From positions 10,850,001 through 10,914,000 of the forward strand of contig JBHGNT010000017.1 in NCBI GenBank assembly GCA_043228905.1: a stretch of 64,000 nucleotides of DNA, given 5' to 3'. Below are positions 26,301 through 41,000 of the stretch, one piece after another. Both the position numbers and the translations under genes were made by a program. The notes under the pieces are model-generated. The model saw only the letters and a program-made list of their open reading frames with translations. It searched no databases and had not been told where the DNA came from. Positions within the stretch are counted from its first letter, which is position 1, and the number at the start of each line of letters is the position of its first letter. Source of the DNA: Azolla caroliniana (taxonomy: Eukaryota > Plantae > Polypodiophyta).

Positions 26301-27699
26301 ACACTTCTCGGCTCTGGTGTCCAACTTCCTCCGTTTCTCCTTTGGCACATGCACATACATGATGCTACCGAAGACCCTCAAGTGTGCCAAGTTTGGCTTC
26401 TTCTTAAACTACAACTCATGTAGCAACACTCCTCCACTGGCAGATGCCCGATTCTAAAGGTAGATGGTTGTTCTGACTGCTTCATCCCAATAGAACTTCT
26501 ACAGACGCTTCTCTTCAAGCATTGCCCTTGCCGCCTCTTCTATCATCCGATTCTTCCCCTCGACCACGCCATTCTGCTATATTGTGTATCTACACGAGAA
26601 TTCGCATCGAATTCCCTGCTTCTGTAGCTAACTCGAGAACTGGTCAGAGAAGTACTCCTTCCTGCCATCAAGGCTTAGGCACTTGATCTTTCGCCGAGTT
26701 TCTCTTTCCGCAAGGCTCTTCACCTTCAGGAAACACGCGAAGACTTCGCTCCTTTTCGCGATCAAGCACGCCCAAGTATGCCGGGTGAAGTCATCGATGA
26801 AGTTTATGAAGTTAACATGGCCGAACCGCTTGTGCCATAGGTGGATGTCCGATTCAACCTTCTATCCTTTCGTGAACATCCTCCCTTCTCGGTGCCCTTG
26901 CACAATGACTTTACCCTCTTTTTCCATGTAGCAACCGAGATGCGTGAATTGAACTTGCATCCCCTGGTCGATGATCTGCCCAACTGACACAAGGTTCTTC
27001 ATTATTGTCGAGATGTGTAGCACGTTCATGAGTTTCCCTTTCTGCCCGACGTGGCTGAGGGGAAATTCATCAACATGTTCGATGGTATGTGGAGTGTCAT
27101 CTCTAGCTTCGATCACTCCTTGTTTTTCCGGTTTCTCCAAGTACGAGAACCATTCCTTGTGACTTGCCATATGATTTGACGCTCAGGTTGTACGACCAAG
27201 ATGCATAGTTGCTTTTGTTGAGCTCAGGTTGTACGACCAAGATGCACCGTGATTAGGGTTTCTCTATTTGTCAGCAATAGAGGATCTCAATTCTCGCGCT
27301 CTGATACCATGTAAAAGAATACGTGCAGAAGCTTAACAGACACAATCGGGTAACAACAGAAAAAAGATAAGAGACAAGGAAGGTTTAATGGAAAGCTTAA
27401 TCAACACAACGTACATGAGAGAGACAAAGAGAGCAGAACACAAAAAAAAATCTATTCCAAAACAATACTCTAAAACTCTGTACATAGGATGTGCTCAGAG
27501 ACCACTTTTATGCAGGTCCATACGGACTAACAAAAGCACAGACACGTACTTCAATGCTCATCAATGAGCCCCTACACTAACTCCCAAAGTATATTCCTCC
27601 GCGGAATATCTATCCAAGGGCCTCCCGGTTTACGCACCCACTCTACACATTAGTTTACGCACCGGTTTACGCACCTAATGTTGAGCTTGTATCTCAACA
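23308..27699 (-). mobile_element. Ty1/copia element with two LTRs and gag deleted (Bryco-like, tentative)
   Basis: LTRs ~23308-23735 and 27310-27699; PBS TGGTATCAGAGC at 27298-27309; PR (NHMASHKEWF), IN, RT (LLYVDDFVI) and RH (YMDADWAG, CDNLSSI) remnants. Confidence 0.88.
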
Positions 27700-27842
27700 A
27701 TTACATAAGATCACCATAAAGTGTTAGGAATATGTTCTTCCAATAGGAGGAGCCAACTGTTCGGAGAGGGTCAATTGTCCAAGACCAGGAGCAAACGTCT
27801 GGTCGGATGACAACCGACTGTGAGAGAGTCAACATGGAAAGC

Positions 27843-28123
27843 TGACAAGAGTTGATCGAGGTCGATGACCAAGCCGACTAGTCGGACGGACCCGACAGTC
27901 GATAGATGAGTCGGCGGATTAGTAAGACTATTATTATTATTACACAATAATAATGACCATGATTGTATTTAACCTATTCAGTATGACAAGAGTTGATCGA
28001 GGTCGATGACCAAGCCGACTAGTCGGACGGACCCGACAGTCGATAGATGAGTCGGCGGATTAGTAAGACTATTATTATTATTACACAATAATAATGACCA
28101 TGATTGTATTTAACCTATTCAGT
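27843..28123. repeat. Perfect ~140-bp tandem duplication
   Basis: TGACAAGAGTTGATCGAGG...AACCTATTCAGTA present twice. Confidence 0.9.
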
Positions 28124-29911
28124 ATGGAAGTGCGTGAGCCGGAGAGCTACGCAGAAGCGGCTAAGGATGCAAATTGGCGTGCCGCAATGAAGGAAGAGAT
28201 GCGCACATTGGTAGAGAATGAAACCTGGGACCTAGTTGATGCCCCGAAGGGTGTGAAGCCGATCAGATGCAGTTGGGTGTACAAGGTCAAGTACAACACT
28301 AACGGCTCGGTCAACCGATACAAGGCCCAGTTAGTAGTGAAAGGTTACGTGCAGAAGCACGGCGTGGACTACGACGAGACCTTCGCGCCTGTCACGAAGA
28401 TGACTACTGTGCGTGTTCTGCTAGCTGTAGTTGCGGCGAAGGGGTGGCATTTACATCAGATGGATGTCAAGAATGCGTTCCTACAAGACGAGCTTGAGGA
28501 ATAGAAGTCCCTTTACGGACTAAAGCAAGCCCTACGTGCTTGGAACACGAAAATCACGCAACGTTTGCGTCCAATGGGATGTGCGATGTCCAAATCGGAC
28601 TCTTCCCTGTTCATTCAGCAAGGTCGATTCGGGCTAGTTTGTATTTTACTTTATGTTGATGACTTGGTCATCACCGGCGTTGACCTTGGTGAAATTAACC
28701 GCGTAAAGCTCCAACTCGCGGCATCATTTGACATGAAGGACCTGGGGAACCTTCATTACTTCCTCGAGATCAAAGTGATCCGTACCCCCGAAGGCATACT
28801 GATCAACTAACGGCATTACGTGTTGGGTATGCTCTTCAAGTTCGGGATGGCAGATTGTAAGTCCGTCTCGACTCCTCCGGATAGAACCGTCAAGCTTCGC
28901 CCCGACTCCGGAAACGTTTGCGACCCGAAGAGGTTTCGACAAATTGTCGGAAGCCTCATATACTTGACTATCACTCGACCAAACCTCAGTTACCCGGTCG
29001 GTGTGATTAGTCAAATCATGGCGCGGCCAACCGAGGAGCACCTTCAGTGCGCACAACGCATACTCTGGTACGTCAGTGGCACTAAGGACCAGGGGCTACT
29101 ATATCGCATCGATACTGCCATGCAATCAGTCGGTTACACCGATGCTGATTGGGCCGGAAACACCGGCGATCACCGATCCACATCCGGATTCACATTCTTC
29201 CTTGGGAGCGTCGCAATCACGTGGAGTAGCAAGAAGCAGCCGACAGTTGCACTGTCGACCACCGAAGCCGAGTATAGAGGAACGGTTGTCGCCACATGCG
29301 AAGCCATATGGCTGAAACAACTACTTAAGGATTTGCAGGAGGAGGTCTCTGATCCGACTACGATCTATTGCGACAACCTCACCAGTATCCAATTAGCGAA
29401 AAACCTCGTATTCCACGCCCGGACCAAGCACAATGAGGTGCATTACCATTTTGTCTGTGAGCGGGTCCTTTCCAGTGAAGTTGAACTAGCGTATATTCCA
29501 ATGGGTCGGCAGATTGCCGACAACTTCACCAAACCTCTTGGTCTCGACAAGTTACGGTATTTTTCAGGTGAGCTGGGGTTGCATCACCTCAACACGCCGA
29601 ACTTGAGGGGAAGACAGGAACAAGAGAGTGAAAGGAGCGGAGGGGATCATCGCGGCGGAAGTGACCGTGATGTGGAGTCGGATGGAGAATTCGATCTTGG
29701 GCCGGCTGAAGAAGCCGAAGAAAGAAGCGAGGGTCATAATCGAAGGAAAGAGTCAAAGACAACCAAATCAAGGGGAGATAACACCGTGACAGCAAGGGAT
29801 CTGAGAAGGGCCGAACATGCAGACAAGCCGACCGGAAGAGTCGAAGCGTGCGGTATCGAACGGGTCGAGGAGCGCAAGCGAGGCGCGAAGCCAGAAGGAA
29901 CCGGAGCGTAG
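28124..29911 (+). pseudogene. pol: Copia RT-RNase H with charged C-terminal extension
   Basis: EPESYAEA; QMDVKNAFL; LLYVDDLVI; YTDADWAG; ARTKHNEVHYHF. Confidence 0.92.
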
Positions 29912-29956
29912 ATCCGGAAGAGCGGACGGAACCTCAAGTTGAGCTTGAGGCGGTAG

Positions 29957-30213
29957 TGTTGAGAGACAAGCTCAACATTCGGTGCGTAAATCGGGTGCGT
30001 AAACCGATGCGCAAACCAGTGCGCAACGAGAAGCCGTAGCGGTGCGTAAACCGTGAGGCCGTTGGAAAGATATTCGCGTAGGAATATATTTTGGGAGTTA
30101 GAGTAGGGCTCACTTATGAGCATTGAAGTACGTGTCAGTACTTCTGTTAGTTCGTATGGACTTGTATAAAAGTGCTCACTCAGTATTATTTTTTAATTGA
30201 GTTGTGTGTATTG

Positions 30214-30265
<52 letters not shown>

Positions 30266-30352
30266 ACGTATTGTGTGTGTCCAACCTCTCCATTAAACCT
30301 GTGTTTTCCTACGTTTTGCTTTCTTTTGCTTCTGCACATTGTTCCTTTTACA
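29957..30352 (+). mobile_element. 3' LTR of copia, same family as 23308-27699
   Basis: TGTTGAGAGACAAGCTCAACA start after a purine-rich tract; TTTTACA end; reverse-complement similarity to 27310-27699; (CT)n. Confidence 0.88.
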
Positions 30353-31122
30353 AGAACCTTATAAGAGATGCCTCCATTGTTCAAACGCGTCTATAATGGC
30401 CAGGAGCTCTTTGTCGTGAATCTCATAATTGATCTTTGTAGCTTCGAATTTGCATGAATGGAATGTTGGATGCAGCTTTCCGTCATCTCCAACCTGCGAC
30501 AAGTTACTTCCTAGAGCAAAATCAGAAGCATCCGCGTCGATGATAAAGGGTTTTTATAGGTCAGCATGAAGTAGAATAGGAGCAGAAGTGAATGTTGTCT
30601 TTAGGTTTTCAAAAGCTTAGCCCGCATTGGAACTCCATGTGAATGACTTGTTCTTTTGTGTAAGCTCCGTGAGACGCATCACAATGTTTGAGTGGTTCTT
30701 GATAAATTTGTGGTAAAAATTCGCAAATCCTAAGAAACACCGAACATCATGCTTTGAGCGAGGTGTTTCCCAATTTAGAACTGTGTCCACCTTGGATGGA
30801 TCCATAGATATACCTTGTTGTGAAACCACATACCCTAGAAACTCCACGTGGTTTGGATCAAAGCTACATTTCTCGAGTTTGGCATAGAGCCCATATTCTC
30901 GTAAGCGTTGGAGGACTTGGCGGACATGTGTGTCATGCTCTTCTTGACTTTTTGAGTATATCAAGATGTCATCAAGATATATACTATGGTAAATGAATCC
31001 AAGAAGTCGAGAAAAATATCACTCACCATGTGTTGAAAAACTGTGGGCGCATTTGTGACACCAAAAGGTATAATCGTGTACTCGAAATGTCCATATCGAG
31101 TATGGAATGTTGTCTTTCATTC
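30353..31122 (-). pseudogene. pol: Chromovirus RT/RNase H fragment
   Basis: YGHFEY..PFG; YLDDILIYSK; LYAKLEKC; FLGFANFY; DADASDFALG. Confidence 0.88.
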
Positions 31123-31414
31123 TATAGAGAATATGCGGAATAATGCTCGGCCACAATTGAGTCTTCAATCACTTCGTTGAGAATTACAAACGTAGAGATG
31201 GGAATGTGGAGATAGATGCACGTATACACAAAAAACATTATAAACAAGAGAGTACACAATATGTTAACATGGAAAACCCTAAATGGGAAAAACCAAGGGA
31301 GCCCACAGACTCCAAACTATCACTATGTCGAAAGAATACACCAGGGGGCACAAAGGCAACGACCTCGTGCTCACTCTCTTCGCCTGGTGGCGGTTACAAT
31401 AGAGAATCAGTTTG

Positions 31415-31488
<74 letters not shown>

Positions 31489-34400
31489 ACACTCTGTACA
31501 ACAGTTACACCAATAACTCTATACAATGCGAAATGACAACAACTCGTCTCAACAAATAATGTTTTCCCTAGCTCATATTTATACTAATATAACTTTCAGA
31601 CTATGTACAAGTATAGCCCCAGTGGGCTCTCGGGAACATATTTGCATATTGTCCCTTCATCCGGTGAGAGGTTCTCACCAGGCCTGCAACATTCGGTTCT
31701 CACCGGGTCTTCCTTGCCGGGTACTCATCGTCTGATTATCACCGGGCCTTCATCATCCCATCCAAAGGGACCGAAATCCTAACAAAATCCCCCTTCACTT
31801 TGCCATGGGATGTCTGGTTACTCCAATTCGCTTTCATCATGCGTCCAGCTTGTCGGGCATCAGCACCTTGGTCAGCATATCCGACCCATTCTCCTCCGTG
31901 TGGATCTTTGTCAGCACGAACTCTCGGTCTTCTACTTGCTCCCGAATCCAGTGGTACCTCCGCTGGATGTGCTTCATCCTGGAATGGTAGGCAACGTTCT
32001 TTGCAAGGTGGATGGCACTTTGACTGTCGCAATAGAGTCGGTATTCCTCCTACCGGATCCCTAGCTCTTCGATGAAGTCCTTCATCCATAGTATTTCCTT
32101 GCCGGCTTCCACAACCGCCATGTACTCCTCCGTGGTTGACAAGGCAACCATCTTCTGCATCCTCGACTGCTACGAAACGGCTCCCCTTGCATATGTCATA
32201 ACATATCCCGATGTTGACCGGTTGGTATCCGCATCAGCCGACATATCTGAATCGGTGAAACCGTCAAGTTGGGGTTTACCGGAGCCAAATCGGAGACACA
32301 TACTTGAGATGCTCATGAACCGGCTCACCACTCCGATTGCGTATCCTATATCCGGTTGGGTACACACCATTGTGTACATTAAGCTCCCGACGGCAGAGGC
32401 ATATAGTATTTTCATCATATCCGCCTTCTCTGCCTTCGTCTTCGGGCTTTGCTTACCGGATAACCTACAGTTTGCTGGGAGTGTCGATCCAACCGGTTTC
32501 GCATCTGACATGTTGAACTGCTGAAGCACCTTTGTCACGTACTTCTCCTGTGACAACCACAATTGCTTCTTTGACCGGTCCCGGATGATATGCATCCCCA
32601 GTATCTGTCTTGCCGGACCCATGTCTTTCATTGAGAAGGTCTGGTTCAGAGCCTTCTTCAGCATCTGTATCTTGACTTGGTCTCTCGTCCGACGATCAAC
32701 ATGTCGTCCACGTATAAGAGGAGTATCAGGAAGTCTCCTCCATCAAATTTCTTCACAAACACGCAGTGATCGGCATGCGTCTTGTGGTATCCTTGATCTG
32801 TCATGAAAGAGTCGAACTTCCGGTACCATTGCCGGGGAGCCTGCTTCAAACCGTAGAGGCTCTTCTTTAACCGGCAAACCAGGTGCTCCTTCCCTTTCTT
32901 CACAAATCCTTCCGGTTGCTGCATGTAGATCTCTTCGTCGAGGTCGCCGTGGAGGAATGCCATCTTCATGTCTAACTGCTTTACCTCGAGGTCCATGCTT
33001 GCCGCTACCGTCTAGATGGAAGTCATCTTTACTATCGGGGCAAATATCTCGTTGAAGTCCACTCCCTTCTTCTGCTGGAACCCCTTCACCAGGATCCTGG
33101 CTTTGTACCTTGGGGGGTTTCCGGCATCTCCAGGTTTCAACTTGTACACCCACTATATTCCGGAGTGCCCGCTTTTCTTTCGCCAACTCCACCAATTCAT
33201 ACGTGTGGTTCTCATGCAGGGAATCCATCTCGTCCTGCATGGCACTCAACCACTTGCGGTTGTGGGTGTCCTCCTTTGCTTCTTCGAAGTTTTCCGGCTC
33301 CCCCTCATCGGTCCGCAACACCCGCTCTGCATCCAGAAATCTTTGGGGGGCCCTTCTCTCTCTGAGAGGATATCTGCGTCTTTGGTTTCCGACAACCGGC
33401 TCCTTTGTTTGTTCTTCGTCTAAATCCGATTCGGGATCTTGGCCGGTTCTAGTTTCAGCTTCCTCCTCTTCTTCTTCTAGCGGTTCGGTATCCTCACCGT
33501 AACCGGTCGGTTCTTCGAGTGTCAACTGACTCTTAGCCGGGTAGGTCCGTATCTCATCAAACCGAACCTTACCGGTCATCTCAGAGTTCATTATCTTCTT
33601 CTCCGACTCCCAGTCGGCAAGGGTCTTGTCCTCAATGAAGATAATATCTCGACTCCGGAAAACCTTCTTGTCGACCAGATCCTACACTCGGTGACCGAAC
33701 TCATCATCGCCGTATCCGAGGAATATGCATGGCTGGGCATTGGATCCAACATTCCTCTCCGGTCCTTAGAAACATGCACGTACACAAGACACCCGAACAC
33801 CTTCAGATGCCAGTAAGACGCTTCCTTACCGGTCCACACTCTTTGCGGCGTGTCTCCATCCAAGGGTACTGAGGGTGACCTGTTTATCACATATGTCGTT
33901 GTCGACAACACCTCAGCCCAAAACGTCTTGGGTAACTTAGCATGTGCTATCATACTCCGGACCCTCTCCATTATAGTCTGGTTTATCCTCTCGGCCAACC
34001 CATTGAGTTTCGGCGTCATCGGCACGGTAAATTCGAGCCGGATTCCCTTCGAGCGGCAATACTCCTTGAACTGCCCCTGGTATTCTCCTTCGTTATCTGC
34101 TTGAACTGCCTTCAGCTTCCAATCGGTATCTCTTTCCACTCTCGCGTTGTCGTGGCGTGGCTTGCCTAGAAGGGTAGCGTTGCATAGACAAAAGTTATCG
34201 TGAAAGTGAGGAAGGAATCAATGGGATTATGGACGTAACAGACGAAAGAGTAGAGATAGAGTAAATAGAGATCAACAAGATATGACAAGATAGGATATTG
34301 AATGATATTTGAAGGAATAAAAGAGATTTATAATTATTTGATGAAAGAGTTACAAAAGTGGTTGTAAGCGTTGTTGATCCTTCGAACTTGGTCTCACAAG

Positions 34401-34809
34401 ATAATCGCTCTTCTCTTTCTTGATAGTAGGCCACAACAATCTTCACTTCAATATTTTGATGAAGATAAGGCTCGAACCGCCTCCCTCTTGTTGAGAGTTG
34501 ACCACCACGATCGCCAAGCTAGAGCTCCACCTTTATGTTAAACTTCTTCCTTTCTTTCTATATTTTATGGTATCTCTTATGTAATATATATTTGATTCAT
34601 ATCTCATACCTCTTCCCCTTTGATCTTCTCTTTCACCATTTAAATAGGTGCCCCCATGCATATGATACATTGGATGGTACAAGTCATGCATGTAGTGCAT
34701 GAAATGCATGTGATGCATGATAGGCATCTCGCTCATTTGAGCTTTCATGTATGAAAAAATATATGGCATAAGAATAAACATGAAAATATAGTTTTGAAAA
34801 CAAAGGACC

Positions 34810-35000
34810 TAGCCTAATGGTAGGTGTGTTGACTTTGGTATATGAGTTTGTGGGTTTGACTCTCTCAAATATTATTGAATACAACATGTAACATTGTTTT
34901 TATATCATGAAGCAAATCCTTTATCTTATATATATTATTAATATAGAGTAAATGGTAAGATCTGAAAGTCATAGGGTGGGGTTATTGGTTCAAGTCCTCT
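34810..35000 (+). promoter_or_regulatory. Two tandem tRNA-like A/B-box cassettes in 3' LTR
   Basis: TAGCCTAATGG (34810) with GGTTTGACTC (34853); TAGAGTAAATGG (34944) with GGTTCAAGTCC (34987). Confidence 0.68.
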
Positions 35001-38000
35001 CTTGTTTGTGTAATATAATATATTTATATATATATATATTATTTTTCTTTACATATATATAATATTATCATATGTGTTGTTAATATTATCTTTATATATA
35101 AAACATTATCAAATTTTATTTTAGTTATGTATTTATTTTATTGTAGATTTTTAATGTGAAGCTTTCGTACTTCACGACATCCACCCCCTCTAGACCTACA
35201 CATCCTCCAGCATGTGCCACTATCTTTCATCTTCATGTTGATCTATTGGAGGAGGTTGAAGCTCAAACCTTTTCTTAAATACTTTTATCCTCTTTCCAGC
35301 TACCACGTTTAGGATTAGTGTCCCATCCAATTCACTAAGCTTCTAAGTAAAGTTATCATATACTTTTCTTACTACAGAAGGCCCAAACCATCTTTCAGCG
35401 AACTTGCGGACAGTGCTATGTTGATTATCTAAACTGCTATCATACACGAGCACCTAATCTCCTTCTTCTATTTTCTTAGGTCGAATTCTATGAGTTTTAT
35501 CAAAACGAATTTTATTCTTCAGTCGAGACTCCTTCAATCGTTGGGCTGTTATTTCTATATCTTCAGGTCAACATTCTAATTGTTGAATTCGCAAAGCAAG
35601 TAATTCTTCTTTGCTTACCTCTTCTCTCCATGGAATAGATATCCATGACATAATTGATTCTTCTACTGGCATGATGAGCTTTTGGCCAAGTATCAATTCA
35701 GCTGGCATGTATCCTGTTACCGAACTATGAGTTGTTCGATCTGCCCATACTGCATAAGGTAGCATGCGTGGCCAATCTCTTATTTTACCTTTACAGCTTT
35801 TCACGATCGCCTTAACTATTGGGCTATGTCCTCTTTCAATCTTTCCATTGGCTTCTAGATTATACGCAGTTGTAAGTGATAATTTGACCCCTATTCGACC
35901 GAAGAATTCTCTAGCTTCATCAGAGTCGAGCTCTCCTCTATCTGCAATTATTTTACTAACACACCCGTAACGACATATTACATCTTCTAACAAAAATTTA
36001 CATACAGCTCTAGTTGTTTTTTGTTGTAGTGGTCTTCCTTCTACTTGGTTTGTAAGGTCTTCTCTTGCTAGTACTAAATATCGCATTTGACCTTCCCCAA
36101 GTGGCATTGTCACTAGATCGACCATCCATTTATAATGCATTGATGATGAATATGTTGGTTTTAGCTCATCTCGATACCGAATAGTTGAATACCTCTAGCA
36201 GACCTCACAGGTTTCCACAAATTTCGTTACATTTGTATACATATGTGGCCACCAATACTTTTCTTTCAACTTCATAAATGTCGCCCATATGCCTCTATGT
36301 CCTGCCCACAAACTACCATGGAATTCATTAATTAATTTTCTCTTAATGTCATCCTTACAAATGACTTGAAGAGGTTTTCGGTTGGCCTTTTTGGACGCCT
36401 CCATAAATGCCCTTCATGTAAAAAAAACTTGAATGCTTGTCTTCGAAATTCATTTAATTGTTTCTTCGACCATGATGGGTTGGCTTCTTGAGTCTTTAGA
36501 AAATTTCCTATTTCTAACCATTGACCTTCATACTCCACATCTTTGAACATTATACTTACATTAAACTCATCATGAGGCTTAATAGATACTTGATGAGCAA
36601 CTTTACGGCTTGTAGTTGCCCAATTCTTATCTTCAGCTTGCATCACCCTTTCATTTATGAACCTTGCTCTTGACAGCATATCTGCGACTAGGTTCTCTTT
36701 GCCCTTTATATGTCATAATTCTGGGTTCATGGTTCTAATGTATGCAATCCACCGAAGAATTGCAATATCCGGTGTGGTGCAACTTGCTATCATTCGGATG
36801 AGTGGCAAACAATCTGTTTCAACCACTACATCTGCTCCGATCAAGTAATCTCTATTTGTTTTTAATGTAAGAAGCAAACCCCACAATTCTCGTTTAACTT
36901 GTGCATAGTTTCTTTGTCTTTCATTTAATATCTTTGACCCAAATCTGATAGCATATCGATGTTGGTCTTCATCTTCTTGGTTGATAACCCAACCGATCCC
37001 GATTGGGCTAGTATCAACTGTTACTATAATTGGTCTTTCACCTTTGTAGTTTGGTTGACGAAGAACTGGTGCTTTCAATAATGCTTCTTTCAGTTGTTGA
37101 ACAACTTGTGTATGTTCATCAGTCCAAATAAACTTCTTCCCTTTTCTTAAAAGTGGTAGAGAGATCTGAGACATGTGCAAAGTGTGGTAACTAAATATGA
37201 TAAAACACACATGCACCCAAAAATCTTCTCACCTCTGTTACCGAGTCGCAAACTTCCTTCATATTTTGTATTGTGTTAATTTTGATCGGTGAAGGCTTCC
37301 TCCCATACCACCCACACATATGACCAACTATTAGAACTTCGTTTTGCCCAAAGGTAGACTTTGTTCCTGATAGTGTCAAATGTACCTGCTCAAGCTTATT
37401 TAAAATACTTTCACAATCATTAATGTGATCCATCACAAACTTTCTGCAACCATTTCCAACCATAGTCTCATCTTTCTCTCTTTCTAAGCATCCCTAATAG
37501 GAATATCATCTAAAAATGGCATAGTTACCTTTGTTCATTGCATTCATCATATGAGCAACTGAATTTGTCGCACCTTGAGGTAGAGTGCACATTAGAACCA
37601 ACCCAATTGGTGTTTTCATTGTTGTGATATTGCGACTATCAATTGCTAGTTGAAATTGGTCATATCCTGAATTTAGGTCTCCCATAGAGTAAATCGCTCT
37701 GTTAGCAAACGCTTCCGCAAATTCATCAACGATTGGTCTGATTCCTGCATTTCGGATTGTGACTTTGTTGACTGGTTGTAGATCTTGAATGAATCTAAGA
37801 GAACCATCTTTCTTTGGAACTGTGAACCATCTATTAGAGTATGGTGCATTTGAAGGCTCTAAAATCTTCATCTTGACTTTATCCTTCAGCAGCTCCAACA
37901 ATTGAGGTAATCAAGCTCTCGGTACTACAATAGGTTTAAAATTCCAAGGAATATGAGGGATAGTAAATATTACCACTGGCGTCACCACCTTTGGATCTAC

Positions 38001-41000
38001 ACAACCAATCTCCTCAGCTTTGAATGCGAACGCTTTCCCATGCCTAAAGATCATTTCTTTGAAAGTCGCGATCTCTAATTGCAGAAGAAATTCACCCCCT
38101 CCGATTCTCAAGTTATTTATTGTCTCCGAAGTGAAGTGATGTCTGATCTTCTCTATTGGTCGAAGCATAGGCTCGGTTGCTGCTGCCTCCATCTTCTCTT
38201 CACTACCAATAGGTAATGGTACTGCAACAGGTTTGACCTTTTTATCTATTGTTTTGTATTTTGTATTACATAAACTTTCTACTTCTTCATATTTACAATT
38301 ATACCTATCAATTGAGTTTACATGTATCTTTCAAACATTCTCACCATCTTCTTTCAAATACATTTCTAACTCTTCTAAAGTATTTGCAAAAGAAATTTCC
38401 TCCATAACACTTTTAATCTACTCTTCCATTTCAAGTACTCCATTATCCTTCAATGCGTGCTGAAACAAATTAACCTTCTTTTTCAAGTTCCTCTTGCATT
38501 CATACATCCTAGTCACACATATAGGACCACTTTCAGAAACATGAAATGACTTATTCATATGTTGTAATGCCCTATATGAGGGTCTTTTAATAATGGGACT
38601 ATTGCAACCCTCACTCGCAACAGTCCTAGTCAAAAACCTGATTATCAAAATCATCACAGTCTTTTGGTATTGAATGATCACGAAGCTCTTTCTTGTTCCT
38701 CTCATGATTTGGGCGAACTGTCATAAATTGTACAGTTTGTCATCCATCTTGGCTACAGATTTTCACATAGGTAGAACCATTGTCAAGGACTTTGGTCTCC
38801 ATCCGTACCGCTGTAATGTATGGTTGCCCCAAGATTATTGGATAGGTAGATCCTTCCTGCACAAAGAAATGTTGATCTACCTCTATATCACTAATAGTAA
38901 CCTTTACATTTGGGCATGCACCAAATAAATCTTCCATGACTGATGTGGCAGCTTTTACTCGCCAACCATGTTGAGTATCAATTGGCCATCTACCTTTCTT
39001 GTAAAAATCAGCACTCATTATATTTATTTCAGAACCATGATCAATAAGTGCCATCACGAGGTCTGGAACATTTCCAATCTGCACATGATGCTCAATAGTG
39101 GCTCTTGCCCAACATTTGCGAGAGTAATGGCTTCATCCATTTGTTGAATTTATCATTGAGGTCGATGCATGTTGAGAGTCAACAATGATATTGTTTGATT
39201 CGTTGCTCACCACTTCATATGCCACCTTCAGATTTGTCTCTTTAACCTGCTCATTTACTTGCTTCTTTCTTCGCACAATATCAATTATTTTATCATGAAA
39301 TTCCTTTTTTTGCAATACCTAACACTTCTCTTAGTGTAAATTCTACTCGACTGTCTAGTATTCTTGTTTCTAAACTTTTCTTTAAATCTGTATCTTTTTC
39401 AATATCAGACATTAATTTAAATGAAGAACTAGATTTACCTTTTTCGACCTTTGTGTCCATCTCTTTTCTTTTGCTTTCTCTTGTCTCATGATTTTTCGTT
39501 GAGCCAATCTCATCATCCGGCCTTTTCCCTTTTTCTTCCACTATCACCTCATGCTCTTGGTGTTCTGCCATTTGAGCATAGACCGTCATAGCATCTATTG
39601 GAACATCCCATCCAATGTTTTTTCTTACAGAATCTCCGGCAACACAAAGGTCTTCCATCTTCATCTTTTGCTTTTGTGCGGTACTTACAACCTTCTCCCA
39701 GAATGATGATCGGGATGGCATGTCATCGAGGCGCATTCCTGCCGTTGCTGAGTAGTACATTGCGGAAGCCTTCTTTGCTTCAGCTTCTTCAAATTTAACC
39801 TTAACACCACCATCACCAAAGTTCTTTGTAAGTGGACTTCTAGTTTCAGCTAAATCAATGTTACCATTTTTCCAATACACCAAGTCTCAATTTTTTAATG
39901 TCTTTATATTCCGCACAATCACGTAATCGATGTTCGAGACTATTACACCACATGCATTGAGGTCGAAATGGTTCCCTTGACCTCAAAGTTTGACCATTCT
40001 CAAGCTTTGCCACTTTAATTGTTTGATCTTTCATACTTTGAACTAAATCATCAAGCAAAGACTCACTCTTAGTTTTGATCATTTCTCGTGGTTAATGGAC
40101 CATTTCATGTGATGGTTCTCGACCAAGTCTTTGAACTTCGATGTTTTGCTCAAGCCGATTTGTGATTCCCACATGTGGTATTTGTAGCATTGCACTATTC
40201 CTTTGCATTCTTTTTATAAATTTATTACAAGCATTTGTTACCTCATTCCAATCTGCAGTTATACCATCCTCAGTATTTGGTACTTCAAGCATGAATTCCA
40301 ATTCTTTTCTATATCTCTTGTCAACTGCCTGCAAAAATGAAGCAACCTTTTGCCAAGACAAAGAATTTCTTTCCTCTTGCTTTAAGTGTCCATACAATCT
40401 ATCAAACTCTTTTTTCGTGTCAGCCACAGATAATCCTTTATTTTCTTCTAGGACCCATTCATGGAATGAACGCATAGTAACGCGAGAGAAATCCTCACAA
40501 GCATATTCAGACACAAGTGCTTCTTTGAATGCATTCCAATCCAAACTATGCAAGGTTTGTATTTCATGAATTCTATCTCTTAGTTCCATGTCCACTAATG
40601 TAAAAAAGTTTGCTATAATATTGATATCATTTATACCAGACATTTCCATTGTATCATAATATATATTCACATACTACGAAATATTTGTGCCATCAAACAT
40701 ACCAATCTTCTCTCAGACTTCTCGTAAAGCATGAAATAATCGATCTTAATTCAACTTTTCAATAAACAACATTACCTAATCCATTGTACTCGTACTTGCC
40801 ATGTTGATGTTGATCTTTACTTTAGATGTCTCTTCTACTTCCCCGTTTCACGTCGGGTTCGCCAAATTGTGTCGTGGCGTGGCTTGCCTAGAACCGTAGC
40901 ATTGCGTAGACAAAAGTTATCGTGAAAGTGAGGAAGAAATCACTAGGATTATGAATGGAAGAGATAAAAGAGTAGAGATAGAGTAAATAGAGATCAACAA

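Noticed and set aside
30172-31559. ORFs with SLSLSL or ERERER runs (also 43835-44156, 47111-47302, 55956-56308)
   Set aside because: Translation of (CT/GA)n microsatellites in LTRs
34533-34887. His/Met-rich ORF, repeated at 41255-41503
   Set aside because: Arises from the TGCATG-rich LTR block; duplicated only because the LTR is duplicated
38230-38705. Possible extra domain between PR and RT
   Set aside because: Too decayed to recognise; compatible with a linker
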